Assembly: GCA_026025075.1 (NCBI GenBank)
Contig: JAPEUI010000117.1
Span: 1-49,429 of the forward strand
Origin: Vezdaea acicularis
Lineage: Eukaryota
Length of the DNA stretch: 49,429 nt
Reading direction: 5' to 3'
Shown: in pieces, positions 45,400 to 49,429 of the stretch
Layout of the letters: each line of letters opens with the position of its first letter
How positions within the stretch are numbered: position 1 is the stretch's first letter
Notes under the pieces: model-generated
What the model saw: only the letters and a program-made list of their open reading frames with translations
Told to the model about the DNA's origin: nothing
Database searches by the model: none
Translations under genes and position numbers: made by a program

Positions 45400-46374
45400 T
45401 CAATACCATCCTTCGCCGTCATCGTAAACATCATTCTCTCCATCATCATCGCCTCCCCCATCGAAATAGTTCTCTGCATTGTAGTCTTCACCCATATCAG
45501 ATTCATCCTCCGCAAAATCATCGTCGACTTCCTCATCCTCAGCTGCAATCTCTTCATCAATTTCATCGTCACCCTTCTCATCTTCTTCATCGTTTGGAAT
45601 ATCTTCTAGCCGCCTCTTGCTAATATCCTCACTTTCGCCCGCACTCTTCATATCAGATTCATGAATATTTTCATTCGTCCCCTTCAATGAAGTAACATCT
45701 AGCAATTTCTTGTTCGATGATATGCCGGTGCCATTGTGAACGGAATGTCCTGGATCAATTGTAGACCATAATTCCTTCGGGAAAAACCCAAGAACTAGGA
45801 GATAATCTTTAGCAAGGTCGAGTTGATAATCTGCCCTAAAGCTTACTGTACGGTCGAGTGTCTAACTTGGGAACCTTCCTCTTTGCCTTACGGTATTTAA
45901 TGCTGTAAGATGGCATCCCGTCAAAAGGGTCGAATTCGGCGGGTCCCGACCGTCTTTGTTTACCAGCCCGATAGCCATCTCCGAGAATCGTGTATAGGGG
46001 ACCTTCATGAACGCGATCTCGAAAAGAGCGGAGTCTTGAAATTTGGATTCGTTCGTGGCGCGAAAGAGAGCTCGGTATCGGAATCTCAATAGCCTGTCAT
46101 AAGTCATAAAACCTTAGTCCACGTCTAGTCGAGTAGGACATTCAAACATTTGACAGAAAGAGTTGATGTTAGAGATCCTTATGAGCAATGAAGTGATCAT
46201 GGAATATCGAGTACATCGTGACAAAAATGGAGGTATGTAGCAAGAGAGCGGGAATGAAGGGAAACTGACTGGGAAACGGTCGCTTGGCTTTGTGTCAAGC
46301 TTCAGAGAAGGGTCCAAGTTTCGAAGAAAATCTGGAAGATCGCCGGGTTTGGCTCGCCCTGCTCTCCAACTCAT
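45400..46374 (-). CDS. RPC31: RNA polymerase III subunit C31
   Basis: ATG 46374. Introns 46269-46094 and 45846-45795. About 248 aa. PSDRFP, HEGPLYT, FDPFDGMPSYS.KY, FFPKELW and an acidic tail with DYNAENYFDGG. Confidence 0.9.
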
Positions 46375-46733
46375 TTTTGCATCCACCAAATAATTTGAGT
46401 AATATGATCTTTAGACTCGTTCAGGGTATGTTACTATATATATAGATTGTCGAGGTGCTGCAGTAAGTCATACTATCAGAAGAATAAATTTGAAGAGGTA
46501 AGAGACTTTGGTGGGGTACATGCTTCCCTAACATTCGGGTTTTTAAACTTCAACGCCAAAATTTCTCTGGAGATGAGAGTGCTTTTACTGAAACTGCGTT
46601 GGTAGGTAGCATCGCATTGAGGACCGGCAAGCGATCTTCAAGCACGAAAGGAGCCCTGGCCCTTCTGAATAGGGTCGTGTCCTGACTGAGAAAGTGAAAG
46701 GGGTCCCTCCCCCCACAAGTGCCAGGGGCCGTC

Positions 46734-48814
46734 ATGGCCAGTGAGACCCTGGCGCACAGGCTTCGAATGCATATCTCGCAATTGGAGGAGGACCCAGCTA
46801 TTGCCATTGACATTGGGCTTTTCGACGAAGCTGGAAACAAAATTCTCGGTCAGTTGGCACACATCCCATAAGCAGGATCTTGAGATTCACCCCACACAAC
46901 TCCGGAGCTTAATACCTACCTTCACGTCCTCCTTCATTTGAACAGCTGGTGAAGTCTTCTGAAAAACTGCTTACGATTGAAGCAGTGGAAGAGACACCCA
47001 CTCTGATACCGTACTTGACAAAGCTCTTGCCACAACTCCAGCAAGATCCTACTCCAGTGGTCACTTTGCTCATAAAGCTCCTTCAGCCACTTTCATTCAC
47101 GTCTTCTTTAGCATACACAAATAGCGCTACCATAGCGGATGCACTCAGATCAGATCTAGCACCTGTCAATGTTCTAGCACTTTCGCTTCTTGAGAAGGCC
47201 ACTATTAGCAGCACCGATGCTGCAATTGTTGCTGGAATGAGTGATGTTGTGCTTGAGTTGGTAAGAAGGTGGCTTACGACGCCGCATGTCAATGTTGCTG
47301 CGGAAGCAGCTCGAATACTGAGCGCACTTTTAGAGATCGATTGTACACATCCTCAAGATACGACGAGAAGTGGAGAACACGTGCGAGGAGGAGGACAAGG
47401 TCTTGTTTGGAGACGTGTCTTCCAAGACAAAGGCGTCTATGGCACGATTCTAGACGTTTGTGCCTTTCGAAACGCGGGGCAGGAGTCAAGTCGTACCGCA
47501 AGAGACACAACTCTGGCCCAGTCACGTCTCCTGGAAATACTACCAAAACTTTCTCAGCTAGATTTCGAATTACTATCCATATCGCAGTTTCCCTACATTG
47601 AAGCTCAGCACGGCTTGAAAAGGGGCGAGGGCCTTCTGGACTTTGCAGCAATCCATATGGTCCATACTGATACTGACATTCTCATGCACATGGCATTGAT
47701 TGACTTCTACACGGAACTTCTAAAACCTGGTATTGAACCAGCGGGAAGGTCAACGAACCTTGCAAAGTTCAACTCTGAAGCAGGTCTCGACTTTCTCACA
47801 TCGCGCGGAATTCACCAGCACATATGCAGCTATTACCTTGACTCTACGTCGCTTCATGATGATCTCGATGGAAGGCTCTTATCTGGTCGCTCTGCTGTAT
47901 ATCTCGCAGCATACGCCACATACTTCCCGGAACGTCTTCTGAAAGCTACAGCTGAAGATGGGACAGCTGTCATAGCGAAGATTGTTGATAGAATAAGTTC
48001 AGCACTATCATTCTCAGGCCGCCAGGCACTCGAATCGCGGAAGTATGACCTGCATCTATTAGCCTCTCTTCCTCGTGCGGCTTTGTTGCCTCGGATTCAT
48101 GCAGAACAGATGGAATTACTACCTACAACGTTCGATGACTCTGTTTTCTCTATAATTTCAGCAGATATGGCCGACCCTGAATATCTCAACACGCTTGCCG
48201 TGCTATTCAATGGCTCTAGCGATCCCTCGACTGGTTTTGAAACACAGAAATGGGAACGTATTGGTGCTCGAGGGCTATATGCTTACTATATAGCTCATTA
48301 TCCGGACTTCTACAGAAACCTTGTTAGGATTGCAGGTATAGTCGCACTTACTGACAATGCACTTGCAGCAATAAATCTTCTTACTTCCATAATAACAGCA
48401 TCATGGGACGAGTTTCCGGAGGAAAGTAGCTCAGAATCTGTTTTGTTCAACATTCCGACTGAGTCTTCAATGGAAGTCCTTATCTCTAGTTCTGAGTATC
48501 CATTGCCCCCAACCTCTGGTACTCTGGCAGTATGCCAGGCTCCAGCAATGGAGCATATCATTCCTTATCTCTGTTCTCCAGCACAAAGGTTCAGTAACCT
48601 CGTTGGTGGACATGGAGACGCAGAGAACGCTGCAACCAAAGTCGCGGTGGCAAAGTTTGAGGCTCTGAAGCGTCTGTACGAAAACTTAATGAAAATACCC
48701 GCGCACGGAAGTGAAATCGAAAAGTTAAGAACGATAGTAAAAGTAAGACTAGAAGAGGGTCTCTGGACTTCTGGAGCTAGCTTAGGTAGCAGGATTGCCA
48801 CAATCCAACTGTGA
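46734..48814 (+). CDS. ARM/HEAT-repeat protein, probable Hsm3/PSMD5(S5b)-like proteasome assembly chaperone
   Basis: ATG 46734 (MASETLAHRLRMH). Intron 46849-46985, with a tandem AAG/CAG acceptor. About 647 aa, helical. GQGLVWRRVF.D, TLAQSRLL and DILMHMALIDF recall the fungal HSM3-N family. Confidence 0.62.
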
Positions 48815-49306
48815 ATATCGGGTTAATCGTAAAATGGTACTGTCAATCGTGCATGCTAGAGCTTGACATTGGGGCAGTCGGGGGTTTCGGCGTTAACTGC
48901 GTTGATACCCTTTTTGAAAGACATGGTCGCGTCGTAGAAAGAAGTGCGTGTATTAATGTACGACCGCTGTCCTCATACCCGTGCTCTTATAAGGCATGAA
49001 CGAGGTAAAAGAAGGCGTGAATAATGTTACAAAGATCATGGAATCGCCAGCGTAAGTACATGACTGACAATTGACAATAGGGGGACTACGCTAACCGCTT
49101 TAGTGCCAGGCTAGAAAACGTAGGCGAAATTGTGCCGCCCAGTTGAATAATCCTATTTCCCTTCATCCCACCCGTAACAATCCAATAATGGATTATGGGA
49201 CATCATGTTTTAGACCTAAGGTTACCGTCAACCAGTTCGTATGTCGAACGCACACTATTAATTCTAATAGCTGCGGGCGAAATCGTCACCAGGAGCCCAA
49301 GCATTT

Positions 49307-49429
49307 TTAGGGTTAGGGTTAGGGTTAGGGTTAGGGTTAGGGTTAGGGTTAGGGTTAGGGTTAGGGTTAGGGTTAGGGTTAGGGTTAGGGTTAGGGTTAG
49401 GGTTAGGGTTAGGGTTAGGGTTAGGGTTA
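49307..49429 (+). repeat. Telomere, (TTAGGG)n
   Basis: 123 nt, about 20.5 perfect TTAGGG units, G-strand oriented 5'->3' to the sequence end. Confidence 0.98.

Noticed and set aside
1..49429. CRISPR arrays, transposons, prokaryotic operons or secondary-metabolite clusters
   Set aside because: No repeat-spacer structure and no transposase, RT, PKS or NRPS motifs seen; the genes are fungal, largely intron-containing housekeeping loci.

Overview
Eukaryotic DNA from a filamentous ascomycete (Pezizomycotina-like). Introns are GT-AG, mostly 45-62 nt, with CTRAC-type branch points. The window is the last ~49 kb of a chromosome arm and ends in ~20.5 perfect TTAGGG repeats (49307-49429). It is gene-dense, with about 21 loci, almost all housekeeping. 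In order: VPS34 (partial), NSE4, OCH1, a leucine-catabolism pair (isovaleryl-CoA dehydrogenase and MCC beta), a PPR protein, a Zn2Cys6 factor, TAH18/NDOR1, an RRM-RGG protein, GCS1, a probable Atg38/NRBF2 orthologue, an SDR with a broken start codon and splice site, a GRAM-VASt sterol transfer protein, an Acinus-like protein, MET2, cyclin L, a hypothetical protein, CSN6, a small hypothetical protein, RPC31 and an HSM3/PSMD5-like protein. I built the exon models by hand and checked that complete models sum to a multiple of 3. I recognised no tRNA, rRNA, snRNA, transposon or CRISPR. I found no convincing novel multi-gene system. Best leads: no recognisable subtelomere, the SDR with an ATA start and an AC-ending intron, the Atg38-like gene with an AIM, a dual-start intron switch in MET2, a long AUG-free OCH1 leader with a CAG-repeat uORF, and a C/GC-rich island over NSE4-OCH1. 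All family assignments come from remembered motifs, not database searches.
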